Origin: Salaquimonas sp.
GTDB lineage: Bacteria > Pseudomonadota > Alphaproteobacteria > Rhizobiales > Rhizobiaceae
Assembly (NCBI GenBank): GCA_022340185.1
Contig: JAJDOK010000073.1
Coordinates: 45,049-109,048, forward strand
Length of the DNA: 64,000 bases
Reading direction: 5' to 3'
Shown piece by piece: positions 27,378 to 36,392 of this stretch (the first letter of the stretch is position 1; each line of letters begins with the position of its first letter). The notes beneath the pieces were generated by a model, which saw only the letters and a list, made by a program, of their open reading frames with translations, ran no database searches and was not told the origin of the DNA. Position numbers and translations under genes: made by a program.

Positions 27378-29415
27378 CTCCAACCCCCTCGTCCTGTTCA
27401 TGCCGTCAGGCAGGCGCGGGCATTTTCCTAAGGGCACGCCGGTGCTCGACGCCGCGCGCCAGCTCGGCGTCTATGTCGAGAGCGTATGCGGCGGGCGCGG
27501 CATTTGCGGGCGCTGCCAGATCGAGGTGCAGGAAGGCCAGTTCGCCAAGCACAAGATCACCTCTTCGAACGACCACATCTCCGCGCCTGGCCCGAAGGAA
27601 TTGCGCTATGCCGAAAAGCGTGAATTGAAGCCCGGCCGGCGCTTGTCATGCTCGGCGACGATCCAGGGCGATCTCGTCATCGACGTGCCGCAGGACACCG
27701 TCGTTAACGCCCAGATCGTGCGGAAGGCCGCCACCACGCGGCTGATCGAGCGCAACGCCGCCGTGCGCCTTTGTTACGTCGAGGTCGACGAACCCGACAT
27801 GCACAAACCGCTCGGCGATCTCGACCGCATCAAGGCCGCGCTGAAGCGCGAATGGGGCTACGAGACTCTGGAGGTCGATTTCCGCCTGCTGCCACGCGTC
27901 CAGAAGATCCTGCGCGACGGCGAATGGGCCGTCACCGCCGCCATCCACCACGACCGCGAAACCGGCACGCCGCACATCATCGATCTGTGGCCCGGGCTGC
28001 ACAACGCGGCCTGGGGCATCGCCTGCGACATCGGCTCGACCACCATTGCCATGCACCTGGTCTCGCTGCTGTCGGGCCGCGTCGTCGCTTCATCGGGCAC
28101 GCCCAACCCGCAGATCCGCTTTGGCGAAGACCTGATGAGCCGCGTCTCCTACGTGATGATGAACCCGGACGGCGCGGAAAAGATGACCGCCGCCGTGCGC
28201 GAAGCGATCAACGAGCTGATCGGCAAGGTCTGCGGCGAGGTCAATGTCCACGAGAGCGACATTCTCGACCTCGTCTTTGTCGGCAATCCGGTGATGCACC
28301 ACCTCTTCCTCGGCATCGACCCGACGGAACTGGGCGGCGCGCCCTTCGCGCTGGCCGTCTCCGGCGCCGTGCATCTAAACGCCGCCGAACTGGATCTGCG
28401 GGCCAATGCTGGCGCGCGTGTCTATGTCCTGCCCTGCATCGCCGGCCATGTCGGCGCCGATTCGGCCGCCGCCACCCTGTCGGAAGGCCCCTACCGCCAG
28501 GACGAGATGATGCTGCTCGTCGATGTCGGCACCAATGCCGAGATCGTGCTGGGCAACAGGGAACGCGTCGTCGCCTGTTCCTCGCCCACCGGCCCGGCCT
28601 TCGAGGGCGCAGAGATTTCCGGCGGCCAGCGCGCCGCGCCGGGCGCCATCGAGCGCGTAAGGATCGACCCGGAAACACTCGAACCGCGCTACCGCGTGAT
28701 CGGCTCGGAACTCTGGTCGGACGGGCCGGGTTTCGACGAAGCCACAAAGGAAGTCGGCGTCACCGGTATCTGCGGTTCCGGCATCATCGAGGTGATCGCC
28801 GAGATGTTCCTGGCCGGCATCATCTCCGTCGACGGGGTCATCGACGGTTCATTGGCCGAAAAAAGCCCGCGCATCGTCGCGTCGGGCCGCACCTTCTCCT
28901 ATGTGCTGAAGCATGGCGAACCCGCCATCACCATTACCCAGAACGACGTGCGCGCCATCCAGCTTGCCAAGGCCGCGCTTTATGCCGGCGTCAAACTGCT
29001 GATGGCCAAGCAGGAGGTCGACCATGTCGACCTGATCCGCCTCGCCGGCGCCTTCGGCTCCTATATCGATCCGAAATACGCCATGGTGCTGGGCCTCATC
29101 CCCGATTGCGATTTGGATAAGGTCAAGGCCGTCGGCAACGCCGCCGGCGACGGTGCGCTCATGGCATTGCTCAACCGCGGCTATCGTCGCGAGATCGAGG
29201 AGACGGTCAGGACGATCCACAAGGTGGAAACCGCGCTGGAACCCGATTTCCAGCGCCTGTTCGTCGACGCCATGGCCTTCCCCAACAAGACCGATCCCTT
29301 CCCGAAATTGTCGGCGGCAGTCAAACTGCCTGAACCGAAAGCGCTGGTCGGCGCAGGCAACGGCGAAAACCGCGGCGCCGACAATGGCAGACGGCGCAGA
29401 AGGCGTCCGCGCTAG
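27370..29415 (+). CDS. corrinoid reductive activase (RACE/RamA-like; N-terminal 2Fe-2S ferredoxin plus ASKHA ATPase domain)
   Basis: CGGRGICGRCQ plant-type 2Fe-2S motif. The large ASKHA/DUF4445-like body begins DIGSTTIAMH. ATG 27370 (track TTG 27361) overlaps the upstream ORF by 8 nt. Confidence 0.85.
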   Translation: MPDSNPLVLFMPSGRRGHFPKGTPVLDAARQLGVYVESVCGGRGICGRCQIEVQEGQFAKHKITSSNDHISAPGPKELRYAEKRELKPGRRLSCSATIQGDLVIDVPQDTVVNAQIVRKAATTRLIERNAAVRLCYVEVDEPDMHKPLGDLDRIKAALKREWGYETLEVDFRLLPRVQKILRDGEWAVTAAIHHDRETGTPHIIDLWPGLHNAAWGIACDIGSTTIAMHLVSLLSGRVVASSGTPNPQIRFGEDLMSRVSYVMMNPDGAEKMTAAVREAINELIGKVCGEVNVHESDILDLVFVGNPVMHHLFLGIDPTELGGAPFALAVSGAVHLNAAELDLRANAGARVYVLPCIAGHVGADSAAATLSEGPYRQDEMMLLVDVGTNAEIVLGNRERVVACSSPTGPAFEGAEISGGQRAAPGAIERVRIDPETLEPRYRVIGSELWSDGPGFDEATKEVGVTGICGSGIIEVIAEMFLAGIISVDGVIDGSLAEKSPRIVASGRTFSYVLKHGEPAITITQNDVRAIQLAKAALYAGVKLLMAKQEVDHVDLIRLAGAFGSYIDPKYAMVLGLIPDCDLDKVKAVGNAAGDGALMALLNRGYRREIEETVRTIHKVETALEPDFQRLFVDAMAFPNKTDPFPKLSAAVKLPEPKALVGAGNGENRGADNGRRRRRRPR

Positions 29416-29555
29416 CTTCTTGGGGCGGCCTTTCCGCTCGCGATTTGTTCATTGATGCCGCCGCTTTGCGGGGTTTGGAGCAAGAACGATTTGATATGAT
29501 CCCAGGATCGGTAATAATCGATACGGAAATTTATCGAATTGTCCGGGAGGGAAAT

Positions 29556-30053
29556 ATGAACCGTTTCACCTTTTTCATTTGTATAACAATAACTTGTACC
29601 GCAACCCCTGCTGCGGCCGCAACAACAAGCCTCTGTACGTCGGGTGAAGCTGAAATCTTCAATGCGACACTGAAGGGAACCGGTGAAATCGTATCGGTAT
29701 GCGCCAACAGCACCGACAAGGCCAAATGGCTGCAGTTCCGGATGGGCGAGGCCGGGAAGGTGGAAATGATATTTCCCAAAAAACATTCAGGCTCGCTGAA
29801 GAAGTTCGTCCTCCGCCGCTACACGCGACCGCAGACCACCTATCTGAAGCTCGAATTCGATGACAACGGCAAGAATTACGCGATCTTCGAATCGTTCGAC
29901 GCGATGGAGAGCCCGCGTGAAGCCTCGAGCTTGCGCATCCGCTCGCTTGCCGATGGTCACGACATTTCCGAAACCGACCTTGAACGCACCAGCGAGCCGC
30001 TCAACCTCATGCGCCTAGAAGACCAGGTGAAGACCGGAGAATTCGACGAATAG
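29556..30053 (+). CDS. hypothetical secreted protein (lower GC)
   Basis: GGGAGG lies 5 nt upstream of ATG 29556. It has a signal peptide MNRFTFFICITITCTATPAAA and two Cys residues in the mature N-terminus. Confidence 0.5.
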   Translation: MNRFTFFICITITCTATPAAAATTSLCTSGEAEIFNATLKGTGEIVSVCANSTDKAKWLQFRMGEAGKVEMIFPKKHSGSLKKFVLRRYTRPQTTYLKLEFDDNGKNYAIFESFDAMESPREASSLRIRSLADGHDISETDLERTSEPLNLMRLEDQVKTGEFDE

Positions 30054-30061
30054 GGGCAGGC

Positions 30062-31030
30062 TTGCTTCCAGCCCCAGACATAGCTGCCGCACCGGACTAC
30101 CGGAGGAACCATGCCGAGTCTCAAAAGCCATTTTTCGCATTCGTGCTCAAACACATGAGCAAGAAATCCTTCGCATCGGTCGAGGGTATGCATGCCCGCC
30201 TGAAGGCCGCACGCGAAGAAGAAGACCATCGCCCGCCGGACGCGGTCAAACAGCGCCTCGATATTACCGAGCGCGAGGTCGGTGGCGCGCTGGTCTACGA
30301 GGTGGAACCGAAGGGCGGCGCGGGCGACCTCCGCATCATCTAGCTGCATGGCGGCGCTTATCTTTTCCAGCTGACGCCGCACCACTGGAAGCCGATCGCG
30401 GAAATGGCGGAGCGCCTGAAGGCGCATTTTACCGTATCCGTCTACCCGCTCGCGCCGGAGAACAAGGCACCAGAAATCCTTGAAGCCGGCATGGCGCTCT
30501 ATCGCGACGTCCTCGCCGAAACGCGGCCCGAAAGCATCATCTTCATGGATGACTCCGCCGGCGGCAACATGGCGCTCGTCGTGTCGTTGATGGCGGCCAG
30601 GGAGCGCCTGTCGCAGCCAGCAGCCCTGGTTGCCATATCGCCTTCGATCGACACCTCCTTTACCAGTGAAGCGATAGCCGAGGTGGAAAAGAGGGATTCC
30701 TGGCTCGGCGTTCCAGGCGCGCTGGAGGCCGCAAGGCTCTATGCCGACGGTATCGATCTGACCGACTGGCGCATCAGCCCGATTTACGGTGACATTTCGG
30801 CTCTGCCGCCCACCCTGGTGCTGACCGGCGCGCGCGACATCCTCAATCCCGACACCCATCTGTTCGTCGACAAGGCGCGCACAGCCGGCGTCGACATCGA
30901 ACTGTTCGAGGAAAAGGGCATGTTCCATGTCTGGTCTCTGCTCGACATGCCGGAGGCCCGGCACGCGCGCGACTGCATGGTTTCCTGGCTTGAGGACGTG
31001 GTTCCCTTCCACCGCCGTGCTTCGGCGCGA
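30062..31030 (+). pseudogene. alpha/beta-hydrolase fold-3 (HSL-type esterase) gene interrupted by an in-frame TAG
   Basis: ORFs 30062..30343 and 30404.. share one frame. The translation reads DLRII*LHGGAY, where the stop replaces the residue just before the HGG oxyanion motif. DDSAGG and the catalytic His (MFHVW) lie downstream. The 3' limit is approximate. Confidence 0.6.
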
Positions 31031-32038
31031 TCACCCGTGCGCCGGCAGATGCGCGACCCACTTGGCGACGATATCAATCGCATGCTTGTCGCTGACGATC
31101 CCCAGATGCGTCACACCGGGCAGGACATGGTAGGTGCCGGTCGGCGTGCAGGCCGAGATCACCGACTCGTATTGTTCGGCCACAAAGGATTCGTCGGCCT
31201 CGCCGACCAGCACCAGCAAGGGCTGGCGGATCGCCTTCAGATCCTTGCGATAATCGGGCCTTGGCGCGAACGAGACGTTCAGCCGGTGGCTGTAGAGCAC
31301 CGTTGCCGTCTTGCCATAGGGGCCGTCCATGACGGCACGCGGCATGGCAAAGCTGATCTCGTTCAACCCGTTGAAGAGCCTGATGCCGACGGCGTTCAGC
31401 ATCGACAGGCCGATGATCCGGCGGATCGCCGGCCGCGCCCAGCCGCCCGAATGCGGCCGTGTCGTCGGCGCGTCGTATTTCAGGAACGGCGCCATCAAGG
31501 CGAAGGCATCGGCCTTGCTTCCATAGTCGCCGCCGGCGAAGCGCACGGCAAAGCCGCCGCCCGACGAATGCCCGCCAAGCATGATTTGCGCGTCGGCATG
31601 TTCCCGCCGCAGGAAATCGATCAGGTCGGCCATGTCCTCTTCGAGCTGGCCGATATGGTCGACATCGCCGCGACGCACCGGATCAAAGCCATGGCCGCGC
31701 ATGTCTGGCAGGATCACCGTCGCCGCCCCTTCGCCAGCTATCCGGCTTGCCATTTCATGGAATTGCATGCCGTGCCAGGACGAGCCGTGCACGAGAATGA
31801 GGATGCGGTTCGACGGTTGCGCGCTTTCATACCGGCGATAGGCAAGCGCGGTTCTGTCGCGCACGGTGAAATGCGTCAGCAGCTTGAGATCGCCCGCGTC
31901 TCCTTGCAGCATCTCACCGAAGGCAAGCCCCTCGCCCTGCGCTGGCGGCGACCAGTGCGGCCGTTGCGAGATGACGAGGCCGAGCGCGATGGCAAGGTAG
32001 ATGACGACAGAGATCGCCAGGAATTCGATGACGAACAT
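31031..32038 (-). CDS. alpha/beta hydrolase (lysophospholipase-like), N-terminal membrane anchor
   Basis: HGSSWH and GGHSSGG nucleophile elbow. I prefer ATG 32038 (MFVIEFLAISVV...) over track start 32092. Confidence 0.8.
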   Translation of the reverse strand: MFVIEFLAISVVIYLAIALGLVISQRPHWSPPAQGEGLAFGEMLQGDAGDLKLLTHFTVRDRTALAYRRYESAQPSNRILILVHGSSWHGMQFHEMASRIAGEGAATVILPDMRGHGFDPVRRGDVDHIGQLEEDMADLIDFLRREHADAQIMLGGHSSGGGFAVRFAGGDYGSKADAFALMAPFLKYDAPTTRPHSGGWARPAIRRIIGLSMLNAVGIRLFNGLNEISFAMPRAVMDGPYGKTATVLYSHRLNVSFAPRPDYRKDLKAIRQPLLVLVGEADESFVAEQYESVISACTPTGTYHVLPGVTHLGIVSDKHAIDIVAKWVAHLPAHG

Positions 32039-32132
32039 AGCCCCCCGCAGGCAAATGGATCGGTCGTTGTCGGGTGCTGCTCCGGCGGCCACATAAGACC
32101 ACCGACTGCGGCGAGTCCCTAATCCCTAATCC

Positions 32133-33023
32133 CTATCCGTGCATCGCCGAAAAACAGGCTCTGAGATGATCGCCAGCCGCCTTCACGGGCGGGCTCGCAT
32201 CCTCCGCCATGATCATGCCGAGCGCATATTCCGGCAGTTCCGGCAGGCCGCATTTCGGATCGGCCTCAACGACACTGCCGTTCAGCGCGGAAACCGGCAG
32301 CGGCGCCACTGCCAGATCGGCGAGGATCGCCGCGCGCTGCCCGGAAATATGCGCGCTTTTGAAGGCGATGCGATAGGCCTTGCCCTGCTGCTCAAGCCGC
32401 GTCAGCCCTGCCTTTCGCCACACACAGCCTTCCTCCCAGACCGAAACGGGAAGCGGCTCCTGTTCTGCCGCGACACCGCATTTCGCAGCCGCCCAGACCA
32501 GCCGTTCGCGATAGAGAATCTCCGCCTCGCCGTCGCCCTTGTTGCCGGCTTCGCAGGTAATCAGCGCAAGGTCGAGCGTGCGCTGGCGGACCTGTTCGAT
32601 CAGCCTTGACGTACTGTCGACGGCGACATCGACGGTCACGCAGCAATGGCTGTCGGCGAAACGGCGCAGCATTTCCGGCAGGAAGCGCTCGGCGACGTCG
32701 TCCGGCGTGCCGAGCCGCACCACACCGGCGACATCGGGCGCGATGAAGCGCGACATCATTTCCCGGTTGAGTGCCAGCACGCGGCGTGCATGTTCGAGCA
32801 GCATCTCGCCCTCATGCGTCAGCGAAACGCCGCGCGAATCGCGTACCAGCACCGGCTTGCCCAGCACCTCTTCCAGCTTCTTGATCTGCATGGAGACGGC
32901 GGACGGCGTGCGGAACACGGTCTCTGCCGCACCGGCGAAACTGCCGCTATCGACGATCGCCGTGAAAGTACGCAGAAGATCGAGTTCAAGCAGCGGAACT
33001 GGATGATTGAGCGCGATGTTCAT
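32133..33023 (-). CDS. LysR family transcriptional regulator
   Basis: N-terminal HTH LRTFTAIVDSGSFAGAAETVFRTPSAVSMQIKKLEE, with a LysR substrate-binding domain after it. Confidence 0.9.
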   Translation of the reverse strand: MNIALNHPVPLLELDLLRTFTAIVDSGSFAGAAETVFRTPSAVSMQIKKLEEVLGKPVLVRDSRGVSLTHEGEMLLEHARRVLALNREMMSRFIAPDVAGVVRLGTPDDVAERFLPEMLRRFADSHCCVTVDVAVDSTSRLIEQVRQRTLDLALITCEAGNKGDGEAEILYRERLVWAAAKCGVAAEQEPLPVSVWEEGCVWRKAGLTRLEQQGKAYRIAFKSAHISGQRAAILADLAVAPLPVSALNGSVVEADPKCGLPELPEYALGMIMAEDASPPVKAAGDHLRACFSAMHG

Positions 33024-33263
33024 TGCCTTCTCCTTGCCGTCCCTAACGCATGGTACGGGAATTCGATACCGGTTTCGCCGTCTTCACATGAACCAGCATT
33101 TAGCCGTTCAAAAAATATGAACCGATAAATCATATCATTTCGTTTGATTGAATCAACCCAAATGGCAATATGAACGCCATGAACGCTTCGTAAGGACGTT
33201 CGCAACCTGCCCGATCCGATTCGCCAATCCGGTTCGATCGGGCCGCAACCGAGGAAAAAGACC

Positions 33264-33434
33264 ATGTTGTTCACCGACCTGTTCTTCGACGGCTGGAACC
33301 AGTATCTGGTAAATCGTCGCCACCAGCGAGTGCATCGCGAAACCGTCGAGGAGATCAGCGCCCTGCCCGCGCATATCCGCAGGGACATCGGCTGGCCCGG
33401 CGCCTATGAGCGTCAGCGCGCCCACCGCCGCTGA
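33264..33434 (+). CDS. DUF1127-type small protein (56 aa; below the track cutoff)
   Basis: ATG 33264 to TGA 33432-33434. The translation is MLFTDLFFDGWNQYLVNRRHQRVHRETVEEISALPAHIRRDIGWPGAYERQRAHRR, with the DUF1127-like L..H.RRDIG core. It is divergent from the LysR gene. Confidence 0.65.
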   Translation: MLFTDLFFDGWNQYLVNRRHQRVHRETVEEISALPAHIRRDIGWPGAYERQRAHRR

Positions 33435-33489
33435 GCGGAGCGCCAGATGCCGCAATACTGTAAGCGGCGGTTCGCGGGGCCGCCAAAAT

Positions 33490-33520
33490 GAAAAGGCCGG
33501 GTTGTTCCCCGGCCTTTTTT
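33490..33520. terminator. rho-independent terminator (A-run upstream, so possibly bidirectional)
   Basis: GGCCGGG (33494-33500), a 6-nt loop, CCCGGCC (33507-33513), then TTTTTT. Confidence 0.65.
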
Positions 33521-33578
33521 CTCCAACAAGACGGCACGCTCGAACCCGGCACCGGGCGGCTGTTTCCCGCAAGCCCGT

Positions 33579-34769
33579 TCAGGCTTCACTCCTCTGCGCG
33601 CTTGCGACGGATGGCGGCAGGTAACGAAGCAGCAAATAGCCGAGGATCGCACAGACAACCGAGCCGGCCAGTACGCCAAGACGGATCGGCGCCTCGAAAT
33701 GGGCCACTTCAAAGGCCAGCCCGCCAATGAACAGGCTCATGGTGAAGCCTATCCCGCACAGGATCGAAACCCCGTAGATCTGCAGCCAGCTCGCGCCTTC
33801 CGGTTTCTGCGCGATGCCGAATTTCACGCACAGCCAGATCGGCAGGAACACGCCGACCTGCTTGCCGACGATCAGGCCAAGCGCGATGCCGAGCGTGACG
33901 GGTTCAAGCAGGCTCGCGAGACTCATGCCCGAAAACGAGATACCGGCATTGGTGAAGGCGAACATCGGCAGGACCAGGAAGGCGACATAGGGATGCAGTT
34001 CATGTTCGAGCCGTTTGACCAGTGAACGGCCTCCCTCGACCTTGGCGTCGAGCGGAATGGCGAAGGCGGTGAACACGCCGGCAAGGGTTGCGTGGACGCC
34101 GGATTTGAGCACGCAGACCCACAATACAATGCCGAGCAGCAGATAGGGGATGAGATGGGCGATCCGCAGCCGGTTGAGCACGAACAGGCCAACCGCGGCG
34201 ACCGTCGCCAGCCCCAGTGCCGTGTAGGACAGTTCGGCGGTGTAGAAAATTGCGATGACGACAATCGCACCCAGATCGTCAATGATAGCAATCGCCGTCA
34301 GCAGCACCTTGAGCGACATCGGCGCCCGGCTGCCGAGCAGGCTCAATATGCCAAGCGCGAAGGCGATATCGGTGGCCGTCGGAATGGCCCAGCCATTCAT
34401 GTTGACCGGATTGCCCCAGTTGACGGCGACATAGACGAAGGCCGGCAGCGCCATGCCGCCGATCGCCGCCGCTGCCGGCAGCAGCAGGTCGGCACGCGTC
34501 GACAACTGCCCTTCCATGATCTCGCGCTTGATCTCCAGCCCGACGAGGAAGAAGAACACCGCCATCCACAGATCGTTGACCCACAACAGCAGCGGCTTGG
34601 CCACCACCAGCGAGCCGACCTGCACCGAACCGGGGATCTGAAGGAACTCCAGATAGTAATGCCCAAATGGCGAATTGGCGACGATGAGCGCGGCAGCAGC
34701 CGCAAGGATCAGAACGATTCCGCCGGCTGCTTCAAGCCGCGCGAATTCCCGAATCCAGACAAAAGGCAT
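33579..34769 (-). CDS. nhaA: Na+/H+ antiporter NhaA
   Basis: 396 aa, polytopic, with NhaA signatures (WVNDLWMAVFFF, IPTATDIAFALG, AIIDDLGAI). Confidence 0.95.
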   Translation of the reverse strand: MPFVWIREFARLEAAGGIVLILAAAAALIVANSPFGHYYLEFLQIPGSVQVGSLVVAKPLLLWVNDLWMAVFFFLVGLEIKREIMEGQLSTRADLLLPAAAAIGGMALPAFVYVAVNWGNPVNMNGWAIPTATDIAFALGILSLLGSRAPMSLKVLLTAIAIIDDLGAIVVIAIFYTAELSYTALGLATVAAVGLFVLNRLRIAHLIPYLLLGIVLWVCVLKSGVHATLAGVFTAFAIPLDAKVEGGRSLVKRLEHELHPYVAFLVLPMFAFTNAGISFSGMSLASLLEPVTLGIALGLIVGKQVGVFLPIWLCVKFGIAQKPEGASWLQIYGVSILCGIGFTMSLFIGGLAFEVAHFEAPIRLGVLAGSVVCAILGYLLLRYLPPSVASAQRSEA

Positions 34770-34973
34770 TTTTACCCTCGATAAGATGTTGTCGGCGGTC
34801 TCGATAACACGCCTTCAGATAGAGGTCGAACGCGCCAGTTCAAACCCCGCGCCGGCACTTTCTCGGCCGCTTTGGACCATTAATGGCGTCTGTATTCCAC
34901 CCACTTGCAACCTGTTGGCATCCGCACACGCCAGCCCATTCTTGTTGGCGACATTTCCCGCTAGTGTGTACGC

Positions 34974-35702
34974 ATGTTGAAAGCCCTGATCTTCGATGTC
35001 TTCGGCACCGTGGTCGACTGGCGTTCCGGCGTCGCCGCCGAGGCGAAGCGCTTTTTCGACGTCAAAGGCATCGGCCTCGACCCTTTCGAATTCGCCGATG
35101 CCTGGCGCGGCGAATACCAGCCAACCATGGAGCGCGTGCGTTCGGGCAATCGCGGCTACGTGCCGCTCGATGAATTGCACCGCGAAAACCTCGATATCGT
35201 GCTCGATCGGTTCGATCTGGCCGGCTATTTCGACGCAGCAGACCGGGTGGAACTCAACCATGCCTGGGAGAAACTGCCGCCCTGGCCCGATTCCGTGCCT
35301 GGTCTGACGGCGTTGAAGGAGGACTTCATCGTCGCACCCTGCTCCAATGGCTCCATTGCGCTGATGACCCGGATGGCCAAATTTGGCGGCCTGCCCTGGG
35401 ACGCCATTCTCGGTGCCGACATCGCCGGCAACTACAAGCCGCGCGAGGAAGTCTATCTGGCAAGTTGCAACGCACTGCGGCTTGAACCTTCCCAGGTGAT
35501 GATGGTCGCCGCCCATCCGGGCGACCTCGACGCCGCCAAAGCATGCGGCCTGATGACGGCTTTCATCCCCCGCCCGCTCGAATTCGGCCCGTCGCATGAA
35601 AACGACCCGCAGGCAGACCACCATGCCGGCATGCGACGCCGCGACGACTGGAATTACACGGCCGAAAGCGTCAAAATTCTTGCTGAAATCTTAATGGCTT
35701 AG
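34974..35702 (+). CDS. haloacid dehalogenase type II / HAD family hydrolase
   Basis: FDVFGTVVDW motif I plus SNGS and AAHPGDL motifs. Confidence 0.85.
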   Translation: MLKALIFDVFGTVVDWRSGVAAEAKRFFDVKGIGLDPFEFADAWRGEYQPTMERVRSGNRGYVPLDELHRENLDIVLDRFDLAGYFDAADRVELNHAWEKLPPWPDSVPGLTALKEDFIVAPCSNGSIALMTRMAKFGGLPWDAILGADIAGNYKPREEVYLASCNALRLEPSQVMMVAAHPGDLDAAKACGLMTAFIPRPLEFGPSHENDPQADHHAGMRRRDDWNYTAESVKILAEILMA

Positions 35703-35729
35703 TGCGGTTGTCGAATAGCCGTCATGTCT

Positions 35730-35767
35730 CGCTGAAAAAATGTGCATGGTGTCGCAATTTTTCAGCG
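35730..35767. other. perfect 10-bp inverted repeat CGCTGAAAAA-N18-TTTTTCAGCG
   Basis: Read directly from the sequence, 28 nt after the HAD stop. No U-tract follows, so it could be an operator or a hairpin. Confidence 0.35.
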
Positions 35768-35977
35768 CGCACGTCGTTTTTCGACTTTTATTTCGCAATG
35801 CACAAGCCTATATGCGGCGAGTGAATTGAGCCGCCCCAAATTCAACCCTCCACCGGGAATTGCGGTCAGCCGGTCAACAGCCCGATTTGGGCAAGGCCGG
35901 AAAGGACGGACCCGGGAAGCGGCAATGGTGCAAGGCGACTCCGTATGAAACTTCCAGCCTCATGTGGAGACGTTGAA

Positions 35978-36118
35978 ATGAAATCGATCACCCGCCTTTT
36001 CGCTGACCGCCGTCAGACCAATTTGTCGACCCTGTTCGCCCGTCAGCGCCTGGCCAACACCATGCCCGGTGAAACCGGCACCATGGCCGCCCTGCGCCTG
36101 ACCGGCATCGGTCTTTAG
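35978..36118 (+). CDS. candidate 46-aa small ORF (MKSITRLFADRRQTNLSTLFARQRLANTMPGETGTMAALRLTGIGL)
   Basis: GGAG lies about 8 nt upstream. Third-position GC is strongly coding-like. I recognise no homologue. Confidence 0.3.
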   Translation: MKSITRLFADRRQTNLSTLFARQRLANTMPGETGTMAALRLTGIGL

Positions 36119-36148
36119 AGCCGTTCATCTTCAAATGGAATCGTTTGA
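36115..36148 (+). repeat. left arm of a roughly 34-nt inverted repeat (TTAGAGCCGTTCATCTTCAAATGGAATCGTTTGA)
   Basis: It pairs with 36393..36427 (reverse complement TTAGAGCCGGTCATCTTCAAATGGGAGCAGTTTGA). Together they bracket about 245 bp, a MITE-like geometry. Confidence 0.6.
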
Positions 36149-36392
36149 ACGCCGGTATTTCGTGGGCTGGCAGGGAGCGTGCGGCGACGCGGTGCAAGCA
36201 CCGTAATCCTCGCGCGACGCTGTCCAGGGCGCGAAAGAGCAAGTTCACACGATTGCAATTTGACCAATCTATTCAAGAGCTACTTGTCTGATCGGCGTGG
36301 ATGCCTTTTCCGCCCCGGCATCGTCAAAACCCTTGCCCGATCGTCTGATCGAGCTGCGGTCTTTTCCTTGCCGGAACGAAAAATCCATTCCA

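Noticed and set aside
30341-30343. Reading the in-frame TAG in the hydrolase gene as pyrrolysine, prompted by the nearby MttB-family gene.
   Set aside because: The MttB homologue itself has no in-frame TAG (non-Pyl class). No pylS/pylBCD-like genes or pylT-like tRNA are visible in the window. The hydrolase shows further signs of decay (altered nucleophile elbow, no natural stop).
31031-32122. The 572-aa track ORF 30404..32122 taken as a single large protein.
   Set aside because: Only the first 200 or so residues resemble an alpha/beta hydrolase. The remainder runs antisense to a well-supported hydrolase gene (31031..32038) and is low-complexity.
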